This document shows positions 1 through 10,061 of a stretch of DNA of 64,000 nucleotides, one piece after another. The notes below the pieces were generated by a model. It was not told the DNA's origin. It made no database searches and was given only the letters and a program-made list of their open reading frames with translations. The stretch spans positions 47,849 through 111,848 of the IMG/VR virus record IMGVR_UViG_3300020057_000035; one strand, given 5' to 3'. Within the stretch, counting starts at the first letter, position 1. Every line of letters begins with the position of its first letter. The stretch comes from a virus. The position numbers were made by a program, and so were the translations under genes.

Positions 1-8
1 TAAGTAAT

Positions 9-28
9 GGCCCGCGATATCGGGCCAA
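9..28 (+). terminator. GC-rich hairpin upstream of nrdJ, possible terminator of the upstream gene
   Basis: TGGCCCG-cgatat-CGGGCCA inverted repeat followed by a weak ATTT tail. Confidence 0.35.
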
Positions 29-55
29 TTTAGATCAGATTAATAAGGAAAATAA

Positions 56-3000
56 ATGAAAACTGTAGATATTAAGTTAGGTGATTTTGAAAAAAAGGGA
101 ATATCAGCTCCAGATAGTTGGAGTGAAAAAGCAATAGGAATTGCAGCTAGAATATATATGACACCAGATGAATATTCTATATATGATTTAATTGATAGAG
201 TAGTAAATAGAATAGTAGAAACTGGTGAAAGATTAAATTATTTTCCTCAAGTCATCAAAAAAGAAGAGTTTAAATATAAATTAAGAGACATATTATTAGA
301 TCAAAAAGCAGCGTTTAATACACCAGTATGGTGTAACGTTGGTGTTCCACACAGAGATGAACAATCATGGGCTTGTATTCAATATGATACTAGAATGCTC
401 ACTAATAGGGGACTGGAGAAAATAGGAGAAATAGAAAACCTAAATAGACTGTTTTATACTCCTAATGGATGGTCCGATGGTTTTTCTTGGAAAACAGGTA
501 CTAAAAAAACAATAAATATATCCTTATCTAACGGAATGAATATTACTACCACACTAGATCATAAGTTTGTAGTAGGAGAAGCATTAGAAGAAGCGCAGTT
601 TTTAAATAATTTTAAACTTGAGCCTTTTTTAGGAAAAGGAAATTGGATTAATGGAAACGATTTAGATTTGTCTTTCATAGAATTAACTAAATTGGGATAC
701 ATACAAGGAGACGGATGCGTTAGTAATGAGGGGTGGGTTGGTTATTTCGGAGAGAAAGACAACGACGTTAGGGACTTTTTCGGAAACGAAGAAGGAACAA
801 TAAGATCATCTCAAGAAACTGGAATTTATTTTGGAAAATATACATCTCTCAATAAAGCGGCGGATTTATTAGGTTTAGAAAGAGTCTCGTTGCCAAATAG
901 AGATCTTCCTAAAAATTCTTTTACTTTAACACCAGAAGGCATGGCTGCTTTTCTTAGAGGACTATATAGCGCTAATGGATACGTGTTGGTTGATAAGAAA
1001 AATGCATCTAGGATATCCCTTAAGACGACTTCTATTTCTCTCGCTATAAACACTCAAAGAATGTTATTAGCCTTGGGAATTAGATCTTCTGTAAATTCAA
1101 AGAAATCAAAAAATATAATTTGGAAAAACGGAGAATATATATCTAAAAAAGCTTACGAGCTTAATATTTTATCTAATGAATATAAGGAAAAATTTCAAGA
1201 ATTAATTGGATTTATTCATGAATATAAAAATAATAAAATAAATACTGCTTTATCCACTACTAAGAGAGAATCACGATATATTAAAATACCAGTAGTTATA
1301 AATATCGAAGAGATGGAAGAACAAGAGGTTTACGATTTTAACGTAAAGGATAATTCTCATGTTGGGTGGGCAAATGGGTTTGCTGTTCATAACTGCCTGA
1401 TCCTTGATGTAAAGGATAGTATGAAATCTATCGAAGAAGGGTGGCTTATAGAATCTAAAACATTTCAAGGTGGAAGTGGAAGCGGTGTGAATGTTAGTAA
1501 GATTAGAGCAGATGGAGAACCTATAGTAGGTGGTGGATATGGAAGTGGACCTATTTCACTATGGATGCGCCCCACAGACTCTATAGCTGGTGTAGTAAAA
1601 TCTGGCGGGAAGTGTCTTGCTGGAAATCAAAAAGTCTATACAAATAATGGTCCAAAAGAAGTTAAAGAATTAGCAGATTCTAATGAGAAATTTATTGTTT
1701 TATCTTATGATCCTCCAGCTAAAAGATATAAAGCTAAATGGGCTTCGGCATGGAAAAGTGGACAAAAAGAAGTAATAAGAATAACTACAGATAAAGGATA
1801 TTTTGATCTTTCTTATGATCATCCTATACGTTTATCTGATACTACAGTAGTTAAAACAGAAGATTTAGTAGTTGGGCAATCTTTATTTGCTTGTTCTATA
1901 GATGAATCAGAAGGATATGTTCGTGTTCATTTAAGGGATGGAAAAAAAGGAAAAGAAAAACTACATAGATTATTAGCTAAAGATATATTAAATGAAAAAA
2001 TTGATGGAATGTCAGTTCATCATTTAGATTGTAATAAAACAAATAATTCTTTACATAATATCGCAGTTCTTACTCAAAAGGAACATTCTGCAATACACGC
2101 TACTATGCAAGTAGAAAATAATTCTCATGTTTTTCAAATATCTACTTTTTCTCATGCAGGAATAGATAATGGAATGCATTCTTCAGGAACTTTTTGGAGC
2201 AATGAAGAAAAAGCTAAAGAATTTAGAAAGAAAAAATCTGAAGAGCTACTAACTAGGGGTGATGCTGCTAATATGCAAAAAACAGCAGTTAAACAAAAAA
2301 TGATTAATACTGGATTTAAATTAATTAATTTAGGTTGTGATATATCTACATTTGATAGCTATGTTTCTGCTAGAAAAACTAATATTGGACCATTAGGGTG
2401 TTCCACTAAAAAAATAGAAGAAAAATTTATAAATCAATTCGGAGGATACAATAATTATATAAAAGAATTATCCAACCTTAATCATAGAGTAGTTTCTATA
2501 GAGTCTCTTGGTATTATGGATGTTTATAGTGTTGAAGTAGAGTGTCCAACTTTAGACGATAAAACATCTGAGTCTGGGCATAATTTCGTTATTTGGTCTA
2601 ATGCTTCTGATAGTGTTTATGGAAGTGGAATAGTTGTATTTAATACACGTAGAGCTGCCAAATTAATTTGTATGGATGTTGATCATCCAGAAATAATGGA
2701 TTTTATTAAATTAAAAGCAAAAGCAGAAAAAATGGCTAGAGATTTACTTAATCTTGATTATGATATTTCGATGACTGGTAAAGACTCAGCTAATATACCG
2801 TTTCAAAATGCAAATAATAGCGTCAGAGTAACTGATAAATTTATGAATGCAGTAGAAAATGACTTAGATTGGGAAACCACATATAGAACAACAGGCGAGG
2901 TAGCGAAGACATATAAAGCGAGAGATTTATGGTATGAAATAGCAAAAGCTTCGTGGGACTGCGGTGATCCAGGACTCCAGTTTCATGATACTACTAACGC

Positions 3001-6000
3001 TATGAATAGTTGTTTGAATGACGGAGAAATAGTAGCAAGTAACCCGTGCGTTACTGCTGACACGTTAGTTTCTACTGAAAAAGGGCTTATTAAGATAATT
3101 GATTTAATAAATCAAGATATTAAAATAACAGGAGCAGATGGTGAATTACATCATATGTCTCGTGCTTGGAAAACAGGTACAAAAGAAATATTTAAACTTA
3201 CTACTAAGAGTGGTTTTTCTATTAAATTAACATCTGATCATAAGGTTCTTACTTCTTCTGGAGACATTAAAGCAAAGGATCTTACTTCTGATATGAAAAT
3301 TAAACTTAATAGATTTAATTTTGGTAAAGAACACTTAGATATTAGAATTGCTGAATTTATTGGACTAGCTGTTGGTGATGGATGTAAAACAACAGATGGA
3401 GCAATAACAATTACTCTTTCTCCAGAAGAATATACAATGGCTAAACGAATACATGACAATCTTTCTTCTTTTAAATTAGAATTCTCAGAAGATAATTTAG
3501 GAAAAAGAAAAACAAGTATTCATCAGCCTCAAAAAACCCTAAGAATAACATGTAATACAAAATTAATTAATTCTATTTCAGATAAATTTGCTATATTAAA
3601 TGAAAAATCTGATAAGAAATTATTTACTGATTCTATTTATTCTTTAGATCAAGAATCAGTAGCTTCTTTATTAAGAGGGCTTTTTTCTGCTGATGCTACA
3701 GTAGCAAATTATGGACAAAAATCACAATATATTTCTCTTGATTCTACTTCTTTAATTCTTCTAGAACAAGTTCAACTTCTTCTTTTGGGGTTTGGAATTA
3801 AAGCTAAATTATATAAAAATAGAAAACTAGCTGGTTTTTCTTTACTTCCTGATGGAAAAGGTGGGCAAAAAAAGTATCCCACTAACTGTTTGAGAATTTC
3901 TAAAGCAGGAAGAAGATTATTTCAAGAGCACATAGGGTTTTTAGAGGGAAGTAAAAAGAACCTACAACTTAATGATATGAACTCTACCATTTCTTCATAT
4001 AGTGAACCATTAGAAGATAATTTTTCTTCACTAGAATATATTGGAGAAGAAGATGTATATGATTTAACTGAGGGAAGTACTAATCATTTTGTTGCTAATG
4101 GGCTAATAGTACATAATTGCAACGAGTATGTCTGGCATAATAATACAGTTTGTAATCTGGCTTCAATTAATTTAATAAAATATCTTAAAAATGATAATAG
4201 TTTTGATACTGAGACGTTTCTAAACGACTGTAAAATAATGATTATAGCCATGGATATACTTGTAGATTTGAGTTCATATCCAACAAAAACAATAGAAAAA
4301 ACCTCCAAAAGATATAGAACATTAGGATTAGGTTTTACTAATCTTGGTGCATTACTTATGTCTTTAGGAATAGCTTACGATAGTGATGAAGGTAGAGATA
4401 TAGCAACATCAATTATGTCTGCTATGCAAGTAGCAGCTATTAATCAAAGTCAAACTTTAGGTGAAGTATTGGGGTCTTATCCAGCATTAAAAAACAATGT
4501 AGATCATCAAGCTTCCGTATTACTGAAGCATTATAATTCGTGGAAAACTAAGAGTTCTATTTATTCTCTCTCTCAAGATATAGATGAGATTTCCTCATCA
4601 GAATGGGGAAACGTTATGCCATACAGTCCACGAAGAAATGCTCAATTAAGCGTGATAGCCCCGACTGGCACGATATCGTTTTTGATGGATTGCGAAACAA
4701 CAGGAATTGAACCAGTATTAGCTGTTAATGCTAAAAAAGATTTAGTTAACGGCGGTACATTAGACGTTGGTGTAGATGAATGTGTAAAAGCAGGGATCAA
4801 TAGCATTAGAAATAATACAATTAATGGAAAAACACTATCTGATCAATATATTTTGAATTCATACACAAAAATATTTCAAACTAGTCTTGGTGATAATTCT
4901 GTCAGCCCAGAAGGACACGTCAAAATGTTAGCTGCTGTGCAGCCTTTTGTGTCTGGTAGTATTAGTAAAACCTGTAACGTACCAGCAGAGTCCACAATAG
5001 AAGATATAGAAAATATCCATATGTTAGCTTGGAAACTAGGAGTTAAAAATATTGCTATATTCAGGGATGGAAGCAAGACATATCAACCAGTTAATCAAAT
5101 TAAAAAAGAAGAAAAACTTACAAGTGAGGCTACCAACGAAATGCACAAGCTCATAGAGGCCGCACGCGGAATCAAGATGTCCGCCGAGGAGAAAGAGCGG
5201 CAACGGCGGAGTTTCGCCTATGGCAACACTCACGCTGAGAACGAAAAGATAACCCGAGCGACAATAGATGATGCGGCTGACAGGCTGACTAATGCACAAG
5301 TTATTAGTGTTACACCTACATTAGATTGGAGTGCAATTACCAACACTACAAATACTTCTTCTCATGCCTCTATGGTTATTTCTAGTGTTGCTATTTTCCC
5401 TGAACCAAAGGGAACAGTAAGAAGAAAACCAAATGGAACAAGAGTAGGAGATACGCATAAGTTCAATATAGCAGAAGATGAATATTACTTAACTATGAAC
5501 TATTATGAGGATGGGCTACCTTGTGAGATATTCCTGAGAAATAATAAACACGGTTCTAATATCGGTGGTTGGGTTGATGCTTTTTCTATTGCAATTAGTT
5601 TTGGACTCCAACATGGTGTGCCTATAGAAAAATTCATAGAGCAATTTAGAAGAAGTAACTTCTTACCTAGTGGTTTAGTAGAAAGCGACTCCAGTATTAA
5701 AATGGCAGATAGTCCATTAGACTATGTGGTAAGATGGATAGAGCACAAACTACAACACAATAAAGAAGACAAGAGATTTAACAAGAATGTGACACAATTA
5801 GATACTAGTACAGTATCCGTAGTCCCTACTTATGTCTCTTCTTATTCTCATGAACCTGATATTTATCCTAGTTTAAAAACTAATACTAGATTAAGATCTG
5901 GAGCACCAACAGAGTGTCCTTTCTGTGCTAGTGATGATATTAGAGATACAGGAACTTGTTTCACTTGTGGTACTTGCGGAGAGTCTATAGGAGGATGCGC

Positions 6001-6004
6001 TTAG
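56..6004 (+). CDS. nrdJ: Class II (B12-dependent) ribonucleotide reductase with three inteins; about 941 aa after splicing
   Basis: AFNTPVWCN, GSGSGVNVSKIR, GGK|TRRAAK, FQNANNSVRV, GDPGLQF, SNP|CNE, IAPTGTIS, SGSISKTCN motifs; TSCPD-like domain and C-terminal Zn ribbon CPFC...CFTCGTCG. Confidence 0.95.
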   Translation: MKTVDIKLGDFEKKGISAPDSWSEKAIGIAARIYMTPDEYSIYDLIDRVVNRIVETGERLNYFPQVIKKEEFKYKLRDILLDQKAAFNTPVWCNVGVPHRDEQSWACIQYDTRMLTNRGLEKIGEIENLNRLFYTPNGWSDGFSWKTGTKKTINISLSNGMNITTTLDHKFVVGEALEEAQFLNNFKLEPFLGKGNWINGNDLDLSFIELTKLGYIQGDGCVSNEGWVGYFGEKDNDVRDFFGNEEGTIRSSQETGIYFGKYTSLNKAADLLGLERVSLPNRDLPKNSFTLTPEGMAAFLRGLYSANGYVLVDKKNASRISLKTTSISLAINTQRMLLALGIRSSVNSKKSKNIIWKNGEYISKKAYELNILSNEYKEKFQELIGFIHEYKNNKINTALSTTKRESRYIKIPVVINIEEMEEQEVYDFNVKDNSHVGWANGFAVHNCLILDVKDSMKSIEEGWLIESKTFQGGSGSGVNVSKIRADGEPIVGGGYGSGPISLWMRPTDSIAGVVKSGGKCLAGNQKVYTNNGPKEVKELADSNEKFIVLSYDPPAKRYKAKWASAWKSGQKEVIRITTDKGYFDLSYDHPIRLSDTTVVKTEDLVVGQSLFACSIDESEGYVRVHLRDGKKGKEKLHRLLAKDILNEKIDGMSVHHLDCNKTNNSLHNIAVLTQKEHSAIHATMQVENNSHVFQISTFSHAGIDNGMHSSGTFWSNEEKAKEFRKKKSEELLTRGDAANMQKTAVKQKMINTGFKLINLGCDISTFDSYVSARKTNIGPLGCSTKKIEEKFINQFGGYNNYIKELSNLNHRVVSIESLGIMDVYSVEVECPTLDDKTSESGHNFVIWSNASDSVYGSGIVVFNTRRAAKLICMDVDHPEIMDFIKLKAKAEKMARDLLNLDYDISMTGKDSANIPFQNANNSVRVTDKFMNAVENDLDWETTYRTTGEVAKTYKARDLWYEIAKASWDCGDPGLQFHDTTNAMNSCLNDGEIVASNPCVTADTLVSTEKGLIKIIDLINQDIKITGADGELHHMSRAWKTGTKEIFKLTTKSGFSIKLTSDHKVLTSSGDIKAKDLTSDMKIKLNRFNFGKEHLDIRIAEFIGLAVGDGCKTTDGAITITLSPEEYTMAKRIHDNLSSFKLEFSEDNLGKRKTSIHQPQKTLRITCNTKLINSISDKFAILNEKSDKKLFTDSIYSLDQESVASLLRGLFSADATVANYGQKSQYISLDSTSLILLEQVQLLLLGFGIKAKLYKNRKLAGFSLLPDGKGGQKKYPTNCLRISKAGRRLFQEHIGFLEGSKKNLQLNDMNSTISSYSEPLEDNFSSLEYIGEEDVYDLTEGSTNHFVANGLIVHNCNEYVWHNNTVCNLASINLIKYLKNDNSFDTETFLNDCKIMIIAMDILVDLSSYPTKTIEKTSKRYRTLGLGFTNLGALLMSLGIAYDSDEGRDIATSIMSAMQVAAINQSQTLGEVLGSYPALKNNVDHQASVLLKHYNSWKTKSSIYSLSQDIDEISSSEWGNVMPYSPRRNAQLSVIAPTGTISFLMDCETTGIEPVLAVNAKKDLVNGGTLDVGVDECVKAGINSIRNNTINGKTLSDQYILNSYTKIFQTSLGDNSVSPEGHVKMLAAVQPFVSGSISKTCNVPAESTIEDIENIHMLAWKLGVKNIAIFRDGSKTYQPVNQIKKEEKLTSEATNEMHKLIEAARGIKMSAEEKERQRRSFAYGNTHAENEKITRATIDDAADRLTNAQVISVTPTLDWSAITNTTNTSSHASMVISSVAIFPEPKGTVRRKPNGTRVGDTHKFNIAEDEYYLTMNYYEDGLPCEIFLRNNKHGSNIGGWVDAFSIAISFGLQHGVPIEKFIEQFRRSNFLPSGLVESDSSIKMADSPLDYVVRWIEHKLQHNKEDKRFNKNVTQLDTSTVSVVPTYVSSYSHEPDIYPSLKTNTRLRSGAPTECPFCASDDIRDTGTCFTCGTCGESIGGCA
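374..1393 (+). mobile_element. Intein 1 in NrdJ, LAGLIDADG type, 340 aa
   Basis: CIQYDT start, TLDH block B, LGYIQGDG and FLRGLYSANG, AVHN end, +1 Cys. Confidence 0.93.
1613..2644 (+). mobile_element. Intein 2 in NrdJ, HNH endonuclease type, 344 aa
   Basis: CLAGNQ start, SYDHP block B, VHHLDCNKTNN...H...H HNH motif, ends VVFN, +1 Thr restoring GGKTRRAAK. Confidence 0.9.
3047..4117 (+). mobile_element. Intein 3 in NrdJ, LAGLIDADG type, 357 aa
   Basis: CVTADT start, TSDH, IGLAVGDG and LLRGLFSADA, IVHN end, +1 Cys restoring NPCxE. Confidence 0.93.
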
Positions 6005-6078
6005 TATGATGGACCAAAAACTAATTCAGTGGTATTACTATTTGTACGATTCACAGATTGTTGACTTATTAGTAAAAC

Positions 6079-6107
6079 TTGACAAAGAAAATAAAAAGAA
6101 GTAATAT
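6079..6107 (+). promoter_or_regulatory. sigma70-type promoter
   Basis: TTGACA-17 bp-TAATAT. Confidence 0.5.
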
Positions 6108-6174
6108 AACAAACACATACATTATGATGTCTAAAAAAATTAATAAAATGACGATATGAAAATTTTGAGGAAAA

Positions 6175-6432
6175 ATGATAGAAGAAGAAACTGTTAAATA
6201 TTTAAATACAATTATTAAATGTGCAGAGTGTACAGGAGTAATACTTGTAGAAGAGTGCAACGTTTTGTTTCAACAACGAACATTACATATGAGATGTTTA
6301 CCTGTTAAAAGACCATCGTGGATTGTGTATACATGTAAACACAGTTTAAATTGTCATGATAGACCTGTAAATAGAGAAATTGAAAAAGCAAGATCAAATA
6401 GAGAAGATGATTCTCGGAAAGTACCAGCATGA
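6175..6432 (+). CDS. hypothetical protein (Cys/His-rich)
   Basis: ORF with GAGG RBS, overlapping the next gene. Confidence 0.55.
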   Translation: MIEEETVKYLNTIIKCAECTGVILVEECNVLFQQRTLHMRCLPVKRPSWIVYTCKHSLNCHDRPVNREIEKARSNREDDSRKVPA

Positions 6433-6629
6433 GATTAGTAGATTACATAGTATCAATAGGGTATATATTTATATTTATTATTTGCGCTATAGCATTAGTA
6501 AATCCAGATATTTTGCCATTATTTATAAGAATAGGATTAGCAATAGGATTATGTATACCAGCATTAGGGAACTTAATGTTCATGATAAATAATGGAAAAA
6601 ATAAAGAAACTAACACAGATAGTAGCTGA
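6429..6629 (+). CDS. small membrane protein
   Basis: two hydrophobic segments; ATGA overlap with the upstream gene. Confidence 0.55.
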   Translation: MRLVDYIVSIGYIFIFIICAIALVNPDILPLFIRIGLAIGLCIPALGNLMFMINNGKNKETNTDSS

Positions 6630-6789
6630 ATTAGGTTTAGATATTAAAGAGATAAACGCCTTAATAATTAATCTTGAATACTTTATTCCACAATTTGAGA
6701 ACTACATTCAAGATACAAATACACAAATAGAAATATTGAGAAAAGAAAAACAGATGATAGAAATGTACCTTCATGTCCAAAGAAATTAA
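6592..6789 (+). CDS. hypothetical coiled-coil protein
   Basis: ORF in a co-directional run. Confidence 0.5.
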   Translation: MEKIKKLTQIVAELGLDIKEINALIINLEYFIPQFENYIQDTNTQIEILRKEKQMIEMYLHVQRN

Positions 6790-6860
6790 GGGTCCATTTA
6801 TTCCAAAAGAGATATGCTCTTGTTCTTCTCCTAAAATAGAAAGCTATATAGATTTACTAG

Positions 6861-7133
6861 TTGGTTGGGGAAGAAGATGGTGTGTTTACTGCAACAAGCA
6901 CTATAAGTGGGGAGTCAAGGATGTTTAGAAGAGACGAAATCGCAAAAGGCACTAATAAAATGCCTTGGGTAGAAAGAGTACCGAACGATCTACTTAAGCA
7001 AAAACCAAAAACAATAGAAAAATGGTATAATAGAGATAGTACTATTAAATGCTTTATTTGTGCATTATCTATAGGTACACTAATTAAAGTTAAAGACGGG
7101 ATTTATACGCATAAAAATTGTCAAGTGAATTAA
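6861..7133 (+). CDS. hypothetical protein with C-terminal CxxC...HxxC motif
   Basis: ORF overlapping the terL start. Confidence 0.5.
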   Translation: MVGEEDGVFTATSTISGESRMFRRDEIAKGTNKMPWVERVPNDLLKQKPKTIEKWYNRDSTIKCFICALSIGTLIKVKDGIYTHKNCQVN

Positions 7134-9625
7134 GTCCAATTGACGCCATAAAACAAATGGCGAAAGACAACTTAGCAATATACATTAGTTTAGTTCATAA
7201 AACAGATAGTGGAGGAATGGCAATTCCTCCAGCGCATATCTTAAATAAAATAATTCCAGTACTAGAAGACGAAACTAACGGACATACACTAATTATTGCT
7301 CCTCCCGGTAGTGCAAAAACCAATACAATGATCGCTTACTGTTGTTGGTTATTAGGCAAAAATCCTAATTTACATATTGGGTATTTGAGTTCTACTTCTA
7401 CTCAAGCAACACAAAGATCTGTTGCTATTAGAGATATTATAGATTTAAGTAAAGAATATAGAGATATATTTCCTTTAACTTTGCCTGATAAAAGTAGAGG
7501 ATGGGCAGAAGCAGAATGGTTCGTTAAGAGAGCAGATGTAGGGGATAAAAATGCCTCTATGATTATATCTGGTACTCCGGGAAACATTCTTGGTTCTAGA
7601 TTAGACTTAATTGTGTTGGATGACATAGCGGATGAAGAAAATATGGCAACTGCTTTACAAAGAGCAAAGGTTATTAACTTTCTGCAAAAAACAGTAGATA
7701 CAAGACTAACTCCATTAGGTAGAATAGTACTAATCTGTGTTACTGGAGACAGTAAAGTATCTACTAATAAAGGACCAATAGAAATAAAGGATATAAAAAT
7801 TGGAGATCTAGTTTGGTCTTTAAATGAAAATAAACAATTTGAATTACAAAAAGTAACAGATCAATTTTCAACTGGGATAAATAAAGTATTTAAAGTATCT
7901 ACTAGATTGAAAGAAGTAAAGGCCACTGCATATCATCCATTTCTTTGTATTGAAGATGATGGATCTTTAGTATATAAAAAAGTAGAAGATCTTAAGAAAA
8001 GAGATAAATTAGTAGTTGAGCATGAATTACCTGAATATGGAACACCATATGAATTATCAGATGGAACATTTACAGACTCTGATTTTATGTGGTTATTTGG
8101 GTTTTTAACTGGAGACGGGTGGGTAACTGCTAGAAATAGAGCCGCCAAATGGCTTGTTTGTATGGCAAAAGGTGTGCATAAAGAAGTTAATGATAAAGCT
8201 TTTTCTCTGTTTACTAAATTCGGAAAAAAAGAACCATCCTATACTAGATTTGGGTATTGGAGATTAGATGATGCCCCTACTGGTAGATACGGATTCAAGA
8301 GAAACTTAGGACAGATACTAATAGATGCAGAATTTCAACAAGGAGCATGTAATAAATCTGTTCCTGATTGGATTTACACATTACCTAATGATCAACGTAA
8401 GGCTTTTATTCTTGGTCTTTTAGCGGCGGACGGACATAAAGGCACTTATTCTAATAATTCATATATATTATCCTCAGTAAGTAAGTGTTTAGTTGAGAAA
8501 ACAAGACTGTTAGCTATGACGTGTGGGATTACACCAGCTAAATTACGAGAAAGCACTAGAATAATACAAGCACCGCACTCTAAAGCCCCGTCTCTTCACA
8601 CAGAATTCTCTTGTTCTTTTAATTTTGATTATAATGTAAAAAAGAACCATATTATTCATAATAATGGTTTACATTATGAGTTTGTTAAAGAAATTGAGTA
8701 TTCAGGAGAGGAAGAAACTTTCGATATTACAGTAGAAAACACACATAACTTTGTTGTAGACGGTATGACAACCGCAAATTGTACGAGATGGTCAGAATCT
8801 GATCCAGCAGATTGGGCAATGAAGCAAGGCTGGAAAAAAGTACATATTAAAGCAATAGATGAAGAGGGCAGAGCTTACTGGCCTGATTATTGGCCTATTG
8901 AGAGATTAGCTTGTCCTGATAACATACATGGTAAGATTTTATTAACTGATGGGGGGAACGCATGCTACATGCAACCACTGCCTTCTGGTGGATTTAGACC
9001 AATTAACTGCAAGAAAAGAGCAGGTTCTGTTGCTTTTGCTCAACAGTATCAAGGTGAAGTATTTGACGAAGAAAGCAGTATAATCAAAAGAAGCTGGTGG
9101 AAATCATATGAAAAACTACCAGAAAGTACAATAGAAAAACCAATAGATTTAATAGGCGGTATCTTTATTGATACTGCACATACAGAAAAAACATATTCTG
9201 ATTACTCTGTAGCAACTGTCATGTATACAGATGGTAATAAGTTTTATATAGAAAACTTAATGAGAAAAAAATTAGAATTCCCTAGACTAAAAGATGAAAT
9301 TAAAATTATTAAATCAAGATATGACTTACCGCTCTATATTGAGTCAAGTGTTGGTTCCTTAGCTTTAATTTCTGAACTTAAACAAGATTTTCCAGACGTA
9401 ATAGCGTGGGAAAATAAAGGAAAAAGTAAAATGACCAGAGTACAATCTATTATAGGTAAAATAGAAGGCAATGGTGTGTATCTAAAACAAGATTCTCCTT
9501 GGGTAGAGGACTTTATATCAGAATGTGAAGCTTTTCCACACGGAAGACACGATGATCAAGTAGACGCTTTGTCTATGGGTTTAATGATTCTTGGTCCAAG
9601 TAAGATTGTTTGGACTACGATCTAA
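7118..9625 (+). CDS. terL: Terminase large subunit with intein
   Basis: Walker A APPGSAKT, Walker B LIVLDD, coupling motif VLI|CTRW, nuclease IDTA...SDYS and FPHGRHDDQVDALS. Confidence 0.92.
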   Translation: MSSELSPIDAIKQMAKDNLAIYISLVHKTDSGGMAIPPAHILNKIIPVLEDETNGHTLIIAPPGSAKTNTMIAYCCWLLGKNPNLHIGYLSSTSTQATQRSVAIRDIIDLSKEYRDIFPLTLPDKSRGWAEAEWFVKRADVGDKNASMIISGTPGNILGSRLDLIVLDDIADEENMATALQRAKVINFLQKTVDTRLTPLGRIVLICVTGDSKVSTNKGPIEIKDIKIGDLVWSLNENKQFELQKVTDQFSTGINKVFKVSTRLKEVKATAYHPFLCIEDDGSLVYKKVEDLKKRDKLVVEHELPEYGTPYELSDGTFTDSDFMWLFGFLTGDGWVTARNRAAKWLVCMAKGVHKEVNDKAFSLFTKFGKKEPSYTRFGYWRLDDAPTGRYGFKRNLGQILIDAEFQQGACNKSVPDWIYTLPNDQRKAFILGLLAADGHKGTYSNNSYILSSVSKCLVEKTRLLAMTCGITPAKLRESTRIIQAPHSKAPSLHTEFSCSFNFDYNVKKNHIIHNNGLHYEFVKEIEYSGEEETFDITVENTHNFVVDGMTTANCTRWSESDPADWAMKQGWKKVHIKAIDEEGRAYWPDYWPIERLACPDNIHGKILLTDGGNACYMQPLPSGGFRPINCKKRAGSVAFAQQYQGEVFDEESSIIKRSWWKSYEKLPESTIEKPIDLIGGIFIDTAHTEKTYSDYSVATVMYTDGNKFYIENLMRKKLEFPRLKDEIKIIKSRYDLPLYIESSVGSLALISELKQDFPDVIAWENKGKSKMTRVQSIIGKIEGNGVYLKQDSPWVEDFISECEAFPHGRHDDQVDALSMGLMILGPSKIVWTTI
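7736..8779 (+). mobile_element. Intein in TerL, LAGLIDADG type, 348 aa
   Basis: CVTGDS start, TAYHP, LFGFLTGDG and FILGLLAADG, ends MTTAN, +1 Cys. Confidence 0.9.
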
Positions 9626-10060
9626 ATGTCTTTTCCTATTTACGTGCGCTCTGGTAGCATTTCTATACGAGATATTCAATCACAAGATCTTATTCAATCT
9701 GTTGATCCGGCTTATATATTAGGAATAACAACTAAACTAATTGATAAACTGTATGTTGGATTAAATAAAACAATAAGAATAACAACAGAAAACAATCAAA
9801 TAGTTGTATCAGAAAATCAATTAATACTAACAACAGAATTTAATCCTATATTAGAAATAAAACACTATATTCTTAAAAAAATAACAGACTTATTATCTGG
9901 TGATGAGATTATTTGTATAGACATAGAAAACAAAATAACTGAACAAATAATAGAAGAAATTACACCAAATAAAATAGAGGAAACGTTTGATATAATAGTA
10001 GAAAGGAATAGATTATTTGTTTTGAATGAATTTGTTTTTTCAAATGAGGAAATAGAATAA
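9626..10060 (+). CDS. Stand-alone degenerate Hint (intein-like) domain protein
   Basis: GSISIRDIQSQDLI, KKITDLLSGDEI and EETFDIIVERNRLFVLNEFVFSN parallel intein blocks A, N3 and F/G; catalytic residues absent. Confidence 0.7.
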   Translation: MSFPIYVRSGSISIRDIQSQDLIQSVDPAYILGITTKLIDKLYVGLNKTIRITTENNQIVVSENQLILTTEFNPILEIKHYILKKITDLLSGDEIICIDIENKITEQIIEEITPNKIEETFDIIVERNRLFVLNEFVFSNEEIE

Positions 10061-10061
10061 T

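Noticed and set aside
826-5299. Short minus-strand ORFs inside nrdJ and similar antisense ORFs elsewhere (e.g. 32043, 37437, 52714, 61183)
   Set aside because: Fully overlap well-supported genes on the opposite strand
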